A stretch of 60,653 nucleotides of DNA, counting the filler, from Sphacelaria rigidula (lineage: Eukaryota): NCBI GenBank assembly GCA_964200075.2. It is 8 parts of 8 records of this genome, joined end to end, with 100 filler letters (N's around TTAATTAATTAA, not from the genome) between each part and the next. Parts side by side here need not be neighbours in the genome. Positions count along the whole stretch, not along the records: positions 1 to 7,495 come from CAXNAA020014663.1; positions 7,596 to 15,090 come from CAXNAA020014664.1; 6 more parts are not named here. One strand, written 5' to 3'. Of this stretch, positions 1 through 11,740 are shown piece after piece (position 1 is the first letter of the stretch; each line of letters starts with the position of its first letter). The position numbers and the translations under genes are program-made. The notes below the pieces were generated by a model. It ran no database searches, was not told the DNA's origin, and saw nothing but the letters and a program-made list of their open reading frames with translations.

Positions 1-613
1 ACTCATTTGTTGCTTGCCTTAGTCATTTGACCATTGACCACGCATCCCTTTCGAGACGGAGCACCGCAGTTTTCGAGGGGGGGGGGGGGGGAAGGGGTAC
101 CCAGCCTGATGTTCCCTAGTCTATTGCCGAGGTGTTGGCGGCTGCGGTCAGCTACCGTCTACAGAGATCCTTGGCATGACGACCGATGAGATAGCGGACA
201 TGCCGCCCCCTCAAGCTCATCACATTCCATGATTACGTTTATGGTACCATGTTCCGTGTCGCGGGCCTCGAGTACCAACCAGTAGTCCGGGCAAGATTGG
301 CAAGGCGTGAGACAAAGTTGCTACTTTGGCTGCAGGCTGTCGCTACCGTCCGCTCGTGTGCATACATGTGTGTGGGGGTGGCAGGCATCCGGGGTCATCG
401 GTACAGTAGAGCGAGCAAGGAGCAGAAGCGAATATACGAACCTCGCAAAGCCCACCAGACCTTTCGGTTTTTGTCAGTGTTTTTTTATATTAATATATAT
501 ATATTACGAACAAAACAAAAAAAATCATGGACAATTTTCGAAAAATTGCCCTCAGGGAGGGCGGGGTGGGGGGGGGGCTCCGTGTCCGAAAATCTTCTCC
601 CGACAGACCCTTG
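1..613 (+). mobile_element. Non-autonomous DNA element (hAT-like, 'CAAGGGTCTGTCG' family), right part
   Basis: Ends in GGGG-TCCGTGTCCGAAAATCTTCTCCCGACAGACCCTTG, shared with 15601-15655. 1-75 matches the reverse complement of 52445-52523, and 95-190 matches the reverse complement of 60105-60245. Confidence 0.6.
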
Positions 614-990
614 CCATTATTGTGAATGTAGACATAAATGGTGCCGATCGAGGGAGCCCAGAGATTAGGATTTCTCGATTCTCACATGAGTTTTCCCCGA
701 TCTGCTCGCAGCATCGCTGCGGCGATGACATTATAGTGTATTGCACTGTTGTTGTCCACAGTAACGAACGGTGCTGTGCTATCCTACTGATGTTGTCGAT
801 GTCTTAACACCGTAAACAGTACTGCACTGGTGCGGCACTCGTACATCCTTCCAGAAATTACTGTTGTTGTACCATCATATTACCGCATGGCATTACCGTG
901 TACTGTACTACATGCAGTCTTGTAATGGTGCACTGTGTACTACTACTCCAGGGTACCACAGTAGTACGGCACTGTACTCAACGATGATTC

Positions 991-1197
991 CAAGGGCAGG
1001 TCGAGTAGGGTATACTCAATTGCGGGGTATTTTAACAGTCGTACCACAAGTACTCAAATTGGGGTAGAGTGTTGGGAGTCGTACCCCAAGAAAAACTGGA
1101 AAGCGACCCCTAAAAAACCCCTACCCCCATTTGTGTACTTTAAGTACGACTTTCAAAATACCCCGCAATCGAGTATACTCTACTCGACCTGCCCTTG
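991..1197. mobile_element. hAT-type MITE
   Basis: Long imperfect TIRs CAAGGGCAGGTCGAGTAG.GTATACTC.ATTGCGGGGTATTTT; perfect 8-bp TSD GATGATTC (983-990, 1198-1205). Confidence 0.92.
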
Positions 1198-1389
1198 GAT
1201 GATTCGCTGCCTACTGCCTGTTCCTCACCTTCAAAAATGACAGGTCCATGTTCATGAGTATTATTTCCGAAATTTATGAAGCCGTAATCGGGCCCTCGCA
1301 AATCCAACTTTCGCAAATCTGAGTCACCCCAATTTTGAATTTTGCGCCGATTGGGGCCACTTCAGATGATGGAGACTTGTCCCCACAAG

Positions 1390-2019
1390 CAGTGTTGAAA
1401 ATCGTGTATCGAAATATCGAGTATCGATCGCGATTTTCGGCAATTAATTCTCAGTATCGGAATCGCGAGCTGGTAAGCCGATACTTTCGATACGCAAACT
1501 GATCCTCACGGGGGTCCCGCCTGCTGAAAAGGGGAGGGAGTAAAAATACCAAGTTTTATGGCAACCAATCTCGATTTTTACAAACATAAGGATTTCAGCC
1601 CGTCTACAGTACAGGCGATTTTTTCCCGAGGGTTGATTTTTCAGACCCCAGTCCGTTGGGCATTGTTTTCCGGCTAGCAGTGAGCAAACCAGATAAATTC
1701 TCCGATTTTCTGGACGCTTACTTTCGGTATAATAACACCTTTCTGTTCAAATGGGGAGACTCCCGCACCTCATCCGATTTGTAGAAATCGAGATTGGTTG
1801 CCATTAAAGTTGGTCTAATGCATTCACATCATCATCGGTCCCCTCATTTTCTTAAAAAAAAACCCTTTAAAAAGTACAGCGAAAACGGCCAAGAAACCCA
1901 GAAAACCGGTTCTTTGGCCATTTTCTAGTATCGATGACAATATCGGTATCGACTTTTTTTCGTCGATATTTAAAACTAAATCGTTTTGAACTTTTTATTC
2001 CGTTCGATTTTCAACACTG
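1390..2019. mobile_element. hAT-type non-autonomous element with nested inverted repeat (1548-1814)
   Basis: Perfect 15-bp TIR CAGTGTTGAAAATCG; degenerate 8-bp flanks CCCACAAG/CCCAATAG; internal ~37-bp inverted repeat ACCAA.TTT.ATGGCAACCAATCTCGATTT.TACAAA. The same left terminus recurs on the minus strand at 53415-53466. Confidence 0.85.
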
Positions 2020-3685
2020 CCCAATAGTGATATTACAATCGCCAACCAAAATGTCACCGAACAGAGCTTACGCGGGTGTTTGACGATGTATTTAATCATA
2101 CTGAACTCCTTCTACACAAAAACGGAGACATGCGACCGACCGCACATATCTATGGATACGGCACAATACAGCGTATAGCTCTGATATGTCGTTCTGTTCG
2201 TGCGTGGATACTTTTGGGATATACGAAGGCTACTCGTAGAAGAGCGCTAAGCTTTTTTTACCGCAGTCTTTCCCCAGAGGGTCCATGCTGCGAGCACGTT
2301 CCAAATCAAATCATGGAACACATCATTCAGGATAACGGGTTTGGAATTGGAACGAAATGGCGAAAGTGGAAAGTCGTATCTGTGCGCCTCGGGAAGGGGG
2401 GGGCATCGATGTTGTACTGTGCCCGGTGGGAGCTGTATGGGAGCTACTCTGGCAGACTGACGGTGGAATTGGAACCAAGACTGCTCACTGCCAAGTGAAG
2501 CAAAGGTTTGGGATTTTTGATCGAGCGTTTGATGTAGTGCCGAGTTGCCATTTGGTTGAGCCAAAGAGCCCCCCTGCTCTTCGCTCCGCTGAGGTGCTCC
2601 CCGTTTCGTTTGCGCGTAGGAGGCGCCGAAGCGCACTGCGGCATGCCAATCACCAATGTGCTGTTGACCGTATCGCATAGGCTCTGTGTCTGTCCGCTCA
2701 GATTGACTTCCAGTGTAAGGCACGAGTCCCTGGTCCCGTAAACCCAAGGAGTTGTCTCTTCTTCGTAGTTCTTTACCACCCCAGCTATCCATACCCTCAT
2801 CGGAAATATAATACGAGGGAAAGAGGAAGCAAGCCATATGACGCACGGTGGCACAGACGGAGATGTTTCTGTGCTGGATTGATGTTGCAAGGATGTTCGC
2901 TGCCCGTATTCACGCTCTGTTACTCGTTAGGACTGGGTTGCTCGTTCCATCAACAACATGTGAACCGTGCGCGATCGAAGCTTGTTTCTTGCTGCTGCTC
3001 CTGTGTGCCGTGTTGTTTCGAAACTATCGCCACCCTACCCACCGACTGACGTTGAATTGATTTTCATCAGCTCTGCTTCTTTTTCCACACTCATGCTATA
3101 CGAATCTGTCTCGTGTCTCCCTACGTACGGGCTCCCTTGTGATGAATTGGAAAACCCGAAGACCACAGCTGCTATACCATTTCACATGTCCTTTACGTCG
3201 AGGTAGACATACGGGTTGTCAATCCAGCATGCCATTCCTCTGCAAGAGATTTGTGCTCATAAAACAGCGCCACTTTCGTCTCGGTGTGCTTTTTCTGACC
3301 ATACTGTACTAAAAAGTACTGTCTGTAGTTCTGTATCAACTTTTTGCTCCAATACGTTGCTGGAATGTGCACTTCTTGCCGAGCGGCAGCTGCTATGTTG
3401 ACCACGCTGTCTTCTCGCGTGACAACATGGGTCTCCGCGGACATGTTCAAGGCAGGAACATAATAGACACGCCGCGTGATGAACCTCAAGCACCCACCTA
3501 CTACTGCACTGTTGAACTATACGTGTTTCAGCTTTGCAGAAGAAGGGTCAGAACTCTCCCTGTATAATCAGACAGAGTCGTCTCTGTGACAGTCCAGTAT
3601 AATAGTAGCATATGCTGTTTGTTACCCACTGTAGGCGTATGCTGCCGACTTGCTTCCAAGGGATGTAAGATATGTACGTTGTCTT

Positions 3686-3727
<42 letters not shown>

Positions 3728-5065
3728 CGCCCCGCCGCGCGGGGGGGAGGGCGGGGGGGGCGGGGGGGGGGGGGNNNNNNNNNATTTGCTGTTTTTTTCC
3801 CCCCGGAGGGGTTTGCCGCCCACTTGCTTCCAAGGGAGGTAAAAAATTTACGTTTTTTTTTCCCCCCCCCCCCCCCCCCCTGTCCCCCTCCCTCACGGTT
3901 GTAATGGAAGAGGGAGAGCAAGGTTGCCACAAATTTGTTTCGTGAGGCACATCGACATTTTCGCGATCCGGGTGACCTCGTTGTTTTCTCGGGTGCCTGA
4001 CCCCCAATCGGATCGACCAGTACCTACCGTACTTGAACGGCACGTGGCGAGAGCGTTGTTCTACTCTGTACACAAGAATGAACTGTTGATGGGGGGCAGC
4101 AGACCTCTACCCTGCTCCTGCACATGTCCAAACTTAGTGTGCAACCTTCAACCAGCAATGGGCCGCTGTTGACTGCACTAAATCTCCGCTGTGCGGTGGT
4201 CCCATCGTGCTCCTCATGCTGTGTGCACTGTTGTTGTTGTTGTTGTTGTCTTCACATTATCCGTGTCGATATTTCAGGGCAGTGACCTGTATACCTAGTT
4301 TTCGTCAAATTACTGCACTACAGTACTGTGTACACTGTCCGCTACAGCTGCAATGCTCGTGACTTGGCCCGCTCCGACACGTGATGACACTGGGAAAGTG
4401 TATCTCAAACATCAAGCTGGAGGCCTCGTCATGACTGACATTCCCCGTGTACTCTGAGACAAAGCGCAGTGTTGGATACCTCATCAAATACCGAGCGTAC
4501 TGTGTTCTACCGCACTGCCTGTCCTGTGTGCGGTGTTGTGAAATGGTTCCTCGTTTTCCTATATCGGCGTGTCAAATTCCTGGAAGTACTCCTGTGTTAG
4601 ATAGCAGTCCGTGGGCAAACGCCTTCGCCGTTCTGCGCTAGTACTTTCACCGGTCGCCCTCTCATGTCCTGAAGTCGAATGGTGTGACCAAGAATGCCCT
4701 CTTCTGGAAGGTGCGACGCGGGCCTTGACGTCGAATAAATGCCCACTGATGTCAAGCCAGTGTTGCCGTGCTAAGAGAAAACGCAAGAGTGGTGACTTCT
4801 GCTGGAACGAACTTCCTACATGCTGGTGGCCCGTCGCTTGGCCCGTCGAAAACTAGGCGTATCACCCCCTCCTTGTAGTTGGGAGGGTGCAAGATGCAGG
4901 GCCAACGATCGGTGGACTGTTTGGACTCGTTGTCAAAAATACAGTCCGTGTCGCCTTGAGCGCCGCGCACGCCAACATTGCCGTACCACGGTGTTTGCCA
5001 GCCTTGCGCGCCCTCATGATCGTCTTGCAAGTTGACGTACACGCGTGGTCAAAGCAATGGGTTAA

Positions 5066-5163
5066 CCCTTAGACCGCGAGATTAGTCTTTCTGGATCATG
5101 CATACTATTTTTCACTTGAAATTGATGCCGATTCAACAGAAGACTAACCTCGCGGTCTAAGGG
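5066..5163. mobile_element. piggyBac-type MITE (98 bp)
   Basis: TTAA on both sides; TIR CCCTTAGACCGCGAG(A/G)TTAGTCTT; CCC...GGG termini typical of piggyBac. Confidence 0.9.
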
Positions 5164-5929
5164 TTAAGGCACTACTTCGAAGTACAATACACTGTTACGC
5201 CCCGGGACAACTGCTCTCTAGCAGTGTACAGTTGGGTACTCTACGCGGCGAAATATACTCGGCTGTTGAATGACGAGGCATTCAAGCATCTTCGCGCAAG
5301 ATCGTTCATGTATATGTACATGATATGCAGGACGTGAGTTACAATGAGACATATGGGAGGATGGATGCATACGAATCAAATTGGTGTGCTTGGCGATCAA
5401 AGGCAAGGGGAAATCCCCGTCTCTACTTCTAGCTACCTGGTACAACAAGCTGCCCTTGTCGCAGGCGAGTTTTTTTCTTTTGTTTCCTCGTTCCTCGTGT
5501 CCCAGGCAATTGTTCAGTATCTATATTTAGAGGAGCAGTGCGCACTGCACCTCAGCGCCATATCGAACACACCTCAAACCGAGAAACGGGTTGAGCGCAC
5601 GAGAAGACAAACTGCATTGAAGATTGAAGATGCCTTTTTTTTTAATGCCGTGTTTATGCACGACTGGTGGCACAAGAAGGCGCTGCGATGAAAATCGCCC
5701 AAGAAAATACTAGCAGAGAAGAAGAAAATCTCGAACCGGAATCATATTCATGATTGTTTCCCTCGCTACCAGCCGTGCGAAACTGGTCATCCCTAGAATC
5801 CTCTAGTTGTATAGCGCAAAAAAAACAAACATGGCGGAAATCCTTGCTGGTCTCTTCGGAGAGAGCAACTTTGTCTTTTCGCATCGCCCTACTGCTGCTG
5901 CCGGATTTCTTTCTGTTATATGTTCAGAG

Positions 5930-6073
5930 ATGAAGTTGGAGGCGGCGGCGGCCGTCCTCGGCGTAGCGGTCGATGCAGATCCCGAGACGCTGAAAGCTGC
6001 TTACCGCCGACTGGCGCTGAGATGGCACCCGGACAAGTGCAAAGATCCCGACGCAAAGGAGCGATTCCAAGAG
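5930..6073 (+). CDS. J-domain (DnaJ/Hsp40-family) protein, exon; remainder not identified on this contig
   Basis: [48 protein letters not shown] with the HPD motif; GAG|gtattt donor; ttcag acceptor at 5927. Confidence 0.9.
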
Positions 6074-6306
6074 GTATTTATACTGCTGTATTGCACAGTG
6101 GCGTTGGGTGTACTCTTGTGGCTCATTTATATTCCGGTGATGTTTTTCATTTTTAGAGTATAACCCAACTGATTTTGCGGTGGGATGTTGTGATCAACGT
6201 GCGGTTAGATTTCGTGTCATGCAATGAATTGCGCTCACACAGGTTTCTGTGCCGCCGTTTGTGTTCGTGAAGAGGATTAGTATACTGTGAAAAGTTTCGT
6301 AGCGAT

Positions 6307-6736
6307 ACGAGCCGGGCCAGCCAAGAGTAAGTGTGAATCTCGCTCTGGCGACGCACGGCGCGGTAGTAGGCGTTGGACGCTGAAATTTCGACAGCAGCTT
6401 TTTATGATCGAAATGCAGATCACGTGAGCAGCGAAGAAAGAAACGAGAAAAAAAGACGTGGGCATTCAAAATTTCAGCAAAAACAAGATAATGTCGTAGA
6501 TCCAAGAAAAAAGGAGAATCTGCAGCTGCTCACGTGAAGTATCAGTTCCTTGGGTGCAGAAGATATACCTGGAATTTTGAAATTTTGGTTCAAAAGTCGT
6601 CGAATTAGGCCGTGTGTTCAACCTTTTCCGTGACGTTGCTGCACCCCTATAAATCAAGTGATGGGAGACTCCAATTATTGAGGTCATGAGTTCGAATCCC
6701 GACGGACTCCCTCTTTTTTTTCGTCCGTCGTAAAGG
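6307..6736 (+). repeat. Interspersed repeat ending in a tRNA-like unit (second copy 48350-48776)
   Basis: About 430 bp colinear with 48350-48776; B-box GAGTTCGAATCC at 6688-6699, followed by a T-run. Confidence 0.85.
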
Positions 6737-6749
6737 AATTGAATACATT

Positions 6750-7135
6750 AGGCCGTTTCTCCCGGTTCGTATTTCGTTTGACTTGTATTTTCCACTCTCG
6801 AGATATTTGAAAAGGTTTTTGACCCCCAAACAGGGAATATCGCCACCACCAGCTGCAAATACCTGCAGACTGTGCAATACATGTTTTTCTCGTATTTTTG
6901 TCCAGAGGCCGCTCTCGAAATCTCTGACCCGAGCGAATCGGAAAAGTGGGCTAGGCTCCTCTCGTTGGGGTGATACAAAGTGTCCAAGACGTGTGGTGGC
7001 GATATTCCCTGTTTGGGGGTCAAAAACCTTTTCAAATGTCTTGAGAGTGGAAAATACAAGCCAAACAAAATATGAACCGTAGGAAACGGTCGTAGGCCGG
7101 ATGATATGGCAACAGATCTTTGGCCCACAGAATTT
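6750..7135. mobile_element. Foldback/MITE-like repeat with ~100-bp inverted arms (related modules at 53200-53400)
   Basis: 6750-6849 is an imperfect inverted copy of 6994-7094. The core (GAAAAGTGGGCTAGGCTCC...GTCCAAGACGTGTG) recurs at 53240-53330. Confidence 0.8.
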
Positions 7136-7495
7136 GGAACTCTGGTGAAACAAATCCGCGGCAAATTTGGTTTCGGGAACGACATCATGGCAGCACACAG
7201 ATTTTCATACCATACTGTTCTGATTAGTACACCTCCACCAGGGTTTCGAGTTTCATGTTTAGCGTGTTTCAACAGCTCACAGTCCCGTAGATGTTTCGTG
7301 TGCTGTGGCGTGCTGTAGTAATGTAGCGTCACGGCCGCAGAGAGGTCATCACCACCCCACTAACACCAGTGCCGGTTCTTTCGAGCAAATGAGTAAGCGA
7401 CCATGCCCCCCTCGTTCTTGCTAAAGTTGAATCCTTCATCGAAGGATCACAGAACTACCCGCCAGACAGCGACAGTGCGCATCACATGTCTACTC

Positions 7496-7595
7496 NNNNN
7501 NNNNNNNNNNNNNNNNNNNNNNNNNNNNNNNNNNNNNNNTTAATTAATTAANNNNNNNNNNNNNNNNNNNNNNNNNNNNNNNNNNNNNNNNNNNN
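7496..7595. other. Artificial contig linker (N44-TTAATTAATTAA-N44); identical linkers at 15091-15190, 22685-22784, 30279-30378, 37873-37972, 45467-45566, 53061-53160
   Basis: Seven identical 100-bp spacers with an all-frame stop core. The segments between them are 7495/7494/7493 bp, i.e. length-sorted contigs. Confidence 0.97.
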
Positions 7596-7854
7596 GAGGA
7601 GCCAGACTCCAGGGGGGCCGGGGCAGCAAAAAAAAAAAAACCCCCCCCCCCCCCCCCCCCCGTCAAATGCAAGACACACATGAGCACATCAACACACCAA
7701 CAATATTGGATCATGACAAGGGATATATCAGCACCCCAAAAACATTAGATCATGACGAGAAAGGCATCAACAGAAACAACACCCGACTCACTTCTTCTCC
7801 CCTTGTCCTAGCTTCTCCTGGAACGTCCTTAGCCGCGGCGCTCCCCCACCACCC

Positions 7855-7974
7855 CCGTCGGCTGCAGCGGCGGACGAGGACCCTCGTCTTTCTCCCCCCG
7901 GTGCAGGCGGCAGCCCGTCGGCTACAGCGGCGGACGAAGACCCTCGTCTCTCTCCCCCCGGTGGAGGCGGCAGC
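7855..7974 (+). repeat. 60-bp tandem duplication
   Basis: CCCGTCGGCT.CAGCGGCGGACGA.GACCCTCGTCT.TCTCCCCCCGGTG.AGGCGGCAG x2. Confidence 0.85.
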
Positions 7975-8856
7975 AGCGTGAAATTCGAATTGACCTCTAC
8001 GCCTTGCGACCCTTTGCTCCGAGAGCTTCAGGCAAAAAGGAGTGAGAAGCAGGTGAGACAACACCCCCGAAGGGACGGCAAGGTAGCAGCAAGAGAAGGA
8101 CAGGAAGAGACAAGACAGGCATACACAATCACAGTAAGATAGAGACAGGCAGACAAGACACAAAAGATAGAGACAGACAAAGCAATGCTCTCATCGTGAG
8201 CGTCAACATATTCCTCGCATGCATTTGGTCGGCAGCACCATGCAGCCCTCGCAGCAGCTTCCCGTCGGTCTAGCCGTGCGACTGACAGCACTAGGTGAGT
8301 GTTTACTACTGGATGGTGTATTTGTATAATATGGCTGTTGGGGTGGGTCAGCATGTTTGGTGTTTGGTTGGGGTGCATGAGTGTTACAATAGGATGGCTT
8401 TTCGTTTCTTGGGGGGGGGCTCAAAGGAAGAAATCAAATTGATCCGATTTTACACCAGATGTGTTTAGTGTTTGGATTTTCCTGCAAAAGTATCTGATTT
8501 CTACATTTGAGACCCGTGTGGATGGGAGCTGCAAAAAAAAAAGAGTGGATTATGACAAGAGGTTACGTTTCCAGGAATTGTACTGCGTACAGTATCGACT
8601 ATTGCGATTTTGCGTCTATTGCAATAGACTATACTCTACGCAGCACACTCTTTGACCATGCCATAATCTTTTGTCCGGGGTGTGGTATATACGAGTATCC
8701 CTTCAGTAAAAATGGATTTGATCCTCGTAACGTAGTTGATTGGGTTTGTTCTTGTAATTGAGCTGGAGTCTAAAAAAATGATAGAGGACTCTATGTCTTG
8801 TAAGGAATAGCAGGGACGGTATTGGAAAGACGAGAGATCGGACTAAGGTGCGGAAA

Positions 8857-8857
<1 letters not shown>

Positions 8858-8898
<41 letters not shown>
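8858..8898. repeat. (AAT)n microsatellite; others: (TG)n ~11035-11082, (CT)n ~21072-21100, (TA)n ~31278-31298
   Basis: Read directly from the sequence. Confidence 0.95.
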
Positions 8899-8899
<1 letters not shown>

Positions 8900-9358
8900 G
8901 ACGGGCTCCTCCATATCGAGGGAGCGGAGGAGTTCGAGGTGTGACAGCAGAAAAAACAAAAACAAAAAAATGGTCTCGAACATGATTTGACGAGCTTTGA
9001 TACATACCACCTCCTGTCAACTTCGCGGAAACAGCTTCTAAACACTTCAGATATGTTTTGTAACATCATATCCCGCGTCTTGTACCGGGACCTTCACTGC
9101 GTAACCGCAACTTGAGGAAGGTGGGAGGGAGGAGGGGGGAAGATTGACTTTGTTTCAGTCATCCTGACCCGACGTATTTGCTCGTTGGCCATGCGCACAT
9201 AATCGCCGTACAGCTACAACAGTGCCCAGCTTATACGCTCTTGCAGACTGCCTAACATATCGGCATGTTCTCGAAGCTTCTCGGAAAAATAGGAAACCAG
9301 TGAAAGATCTGCGGTCAAGGAGCACATAGACACCGTGTAACCAGCATTTTTCAAAGGC

Positions 9359-9447
9359 GGCGTAATCATATTCGGTCCTACATCCCATGTCCCAAGGGTT
9401 CCCGGCGTAATCATATTCGGTCCTACATCCCATGTCCCAAGGGTTCC
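9359..9447 (+). repeat. 45-bp tandem duplication
   Basis: GGCGTAATCATATTCGGTCCTACATCCCATGTCCCAAGGGTTCC x2. Confidence 0.92.
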
Positions 9448-9711
9448 TACGGTAGTGTATGTAACCTGAGGTGTCAGTTACCCTGCATTTTCAGGGTATT
9501 TCAGCACCCAGTACTCCACGGTTCGACGGGTATCGACTGTCAGGAATACCGACCACTCCAACGTACGCAGGTTATCGACAGCAAAAAATACTCAGTATTT
9601 TAGAGTGTCCAGGGTATCGACACTCCTCAAACCCTCGGCTTTGCACACCACCGAACGGTAAGCACCTTTACTTGTGTTCCTTCACAGTAGTCATTTCTGC
9701 GTCACACCTTT

Positions 9712-9895
9712 AACCCCCCTAACCTCCTCGGGACGAGTCCGTGGCCTCAGGGGATCAATCCATCTCCCTCTCCCGGTACACGCCCTGCATGTTGGTTTCG
9801 TGGGTGTGGATAATGACCAGCATCGCCGCGACGCGTGACCCTCGTCAAACAAAATCAGTCATATTCTTCTTTTTGCTCCTCACGTTTTCACGTCT
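9712..9895 (-). mobile_element. tRNA-SINE family A, diverged body/3' part
   Basis: Reverse complement matches 47750-47920 (GGCGTGTACCGGG...CCACGGACTCGTCCCGAGGA). Confidence 0.75.
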
Positions 9896-9959
9896 TCAAG
9901 GATATGTTGGATAGGGTGTTTCCTATATTCGGTGATCGTGAAAAATCGTACTCTAAGCA

Positions 9960-10243
9960 CCCACACATTCAGGTAGAGTGACTGAGACTGTACTTGACAA
10001 CAGTCACCCAGATACTGGGTGGAGTAATGCGATCGTACCCAGCTTTACCCAATTTGTGGGGAGGGTTTGGAGATCGGACCATCGAAACACACGATCCGGG
10101 AGAGTACCCAACCAAACAAACCCTTGCACGCTTTTCAACGGCGTACGTGGAGAAAAAAAACAATGTATCTGGCGGGAATTGAATCCACGCTTTCTCCACC
10201 CTTACGGTGTCATGTGGACCATTACACCACTGGGGCGCGCCGG
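9960..10243 (-). mobile_element. tRNA-derived SINE (family-A-like head, different body)
   Basis: Minus strand GCGCGCCCCAGTGGTGTAATGGTCC...GGATTCAATTCCCG (A and B boxes), then a T-run. The left boundary is approximate. Confidence 0.7.
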
Positions 10244-10649
10244 CAAAGGACTGTACAGACATAATTCGTTCCGCTGCATGAGGTCATGATCCCGGAATTG
10301 TCTCTCGAGCGTGTTCCAGACAACATTCCCCCTTCATAGCAGCCGCACCCGTGTGCTGTTACCGGGGTACACATCAACTCATCGACTGGTCGATCAGTTC
10401 ATCATTTGTCGCAAGAACACTGATTCGCCACAAATCCAAGCGTCATCAGATAGACGTGTTGCACACGAGGTAGTAAAACGGAAGCGCTCACTACGACAAA
10501 AAATACACACATTGAGAAAACAACACATACACGTTATTTACCCCCATGATCATGTTCCTGCGGTCTCTGATACCATAATCGAATGGCATGATGACTTTGT
10601 TCGTCCCTCACAGAGCTATCTACCCCCCTTCCCTCTCTTACTGTCGTCC

Positions 10650-10870
10650 GTATGCAAGATAATCAGTAGGCTTCGGGCCGAACAATCTTCGCAGGACGCA
10701 GCACACACCCTTCATGCGATTCGCCGAGCACACCACGGCGCTTCGCGCTTGGTGGTTGATTGCGAGCCCGGTCCGGCGAAAACCGGCGTGCTCCGTCCCG
10801 ACTTTGTAGGGATGCGAGGTCAACGGTCTCACGACTATGGCATGCAGGGTCATGAGTACCCCCCCCCCCT
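10650..10870 (-). mobile_element. Internal module of the CAAGGGTCTGTCG family
   Basis: Reverse complement aligns with 35110-35330 (GGGGGGTACTCATGA...CCCTACAAAG.CGGGACGGAGCACG). Confidence 0.8.
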
Positions 10871-11033
10871 CTCACACAAACACCTACACACAGTAAAGGG
10901 GGAGATAATGAGCCTAGCGAAAATACGGCAGGGTTCAAATAACTTCCAACAACTTTTTCGCCTGGATTGAGAGTCCAGCATTTGATCGAGAGTAAGTATC
11001 ATGATTTACTTCAACTTGACTAATTTTCCATCG

Positions 11034-11082
<49 letters not shown>

Positions 11083-11439
11083 TTGCCGTGTGCATACAGG
11101 TCTACGTTGATATCCCACTCGAGGATAACAGAGGCTTTAGTGGCAAGTGGCAAGCTACCGCAGAGATCATAAAAGACCTCGAGAGAAACATATACTGTTT
11201 CAGGCAGTGATTGACCAATTTCTGGGAAGCTGGAGTTTTAGATTTTCTGTTGATTGACAAGGTCAATGCAATACAAATATTTTGACTCATCTCACGGCAA
11301 AGAGCTTTCATTCCAGCCGCTCCTCTCCTGGCTCGGCGACGTATTCTCCAAAAAACACAAATCGATAAATGGATTAAAATTTCCATTCGTGGGGTTCTCA
11401 CTCTTAATCAAACGCTCGACACCCATGACGAAGTTAAAC

Positions 11440-11740
11440 CCAAACTCTGGGGCTGTCTCTGGAAGTGGTGATATCCGAAAATGAAGCAACTCATTGTAGG
11501 CTGTGATCCAAATGCGAGATAATCAGCACGCCTCGGGCCGAACAATCTTAGCAGGATGTAGTTCACTGTTCACGCGACTCGCCGAACACATCACGGCGCT
11601 TCCCGCTTGTTGATTGATGACGAGTCTGATCCGGCAAAAATCCGGCTTGGCCCGTCTTAGCTTTTTAGCCATGCGAGGTCAATGGTCTCATGACTACGAC
11701 ATGCAGATCATGAGTACTCCCCCCCTCCCGCCCCCTCCAC
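11440..11740 (-). mobile_element. Internal module of the CAAGGGTCTGTCG family (second copy on this contig)
   Basis: Reverse complement aligns with 35110-35410 and 15191-15310. Confidence 0.8.

Noticed and set aside
2076-3500. Several 100-200-aa ORFs on both strands (also 4600-5050, 22077-22412, 48860-49345, 55243-56356)
   Set aside because: No recognisable domain or consistent splice structure. They could be decayed genes, but this cannot be supported without a blastx search.
3612-3880. Apparent tandem duplication around poly-C/poly-G and a 9-N gap, with Pro/Gly-rich ORFs
   Set aside because: The second copy is a homopolymer-smeared version of the first next to a gap. This is a sequencing or assembly artefact.
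7540-7551. Recurrent TTAATTAATTAA palindrome
   Set aside because: Synthetic linker core, always embedded in Ns.
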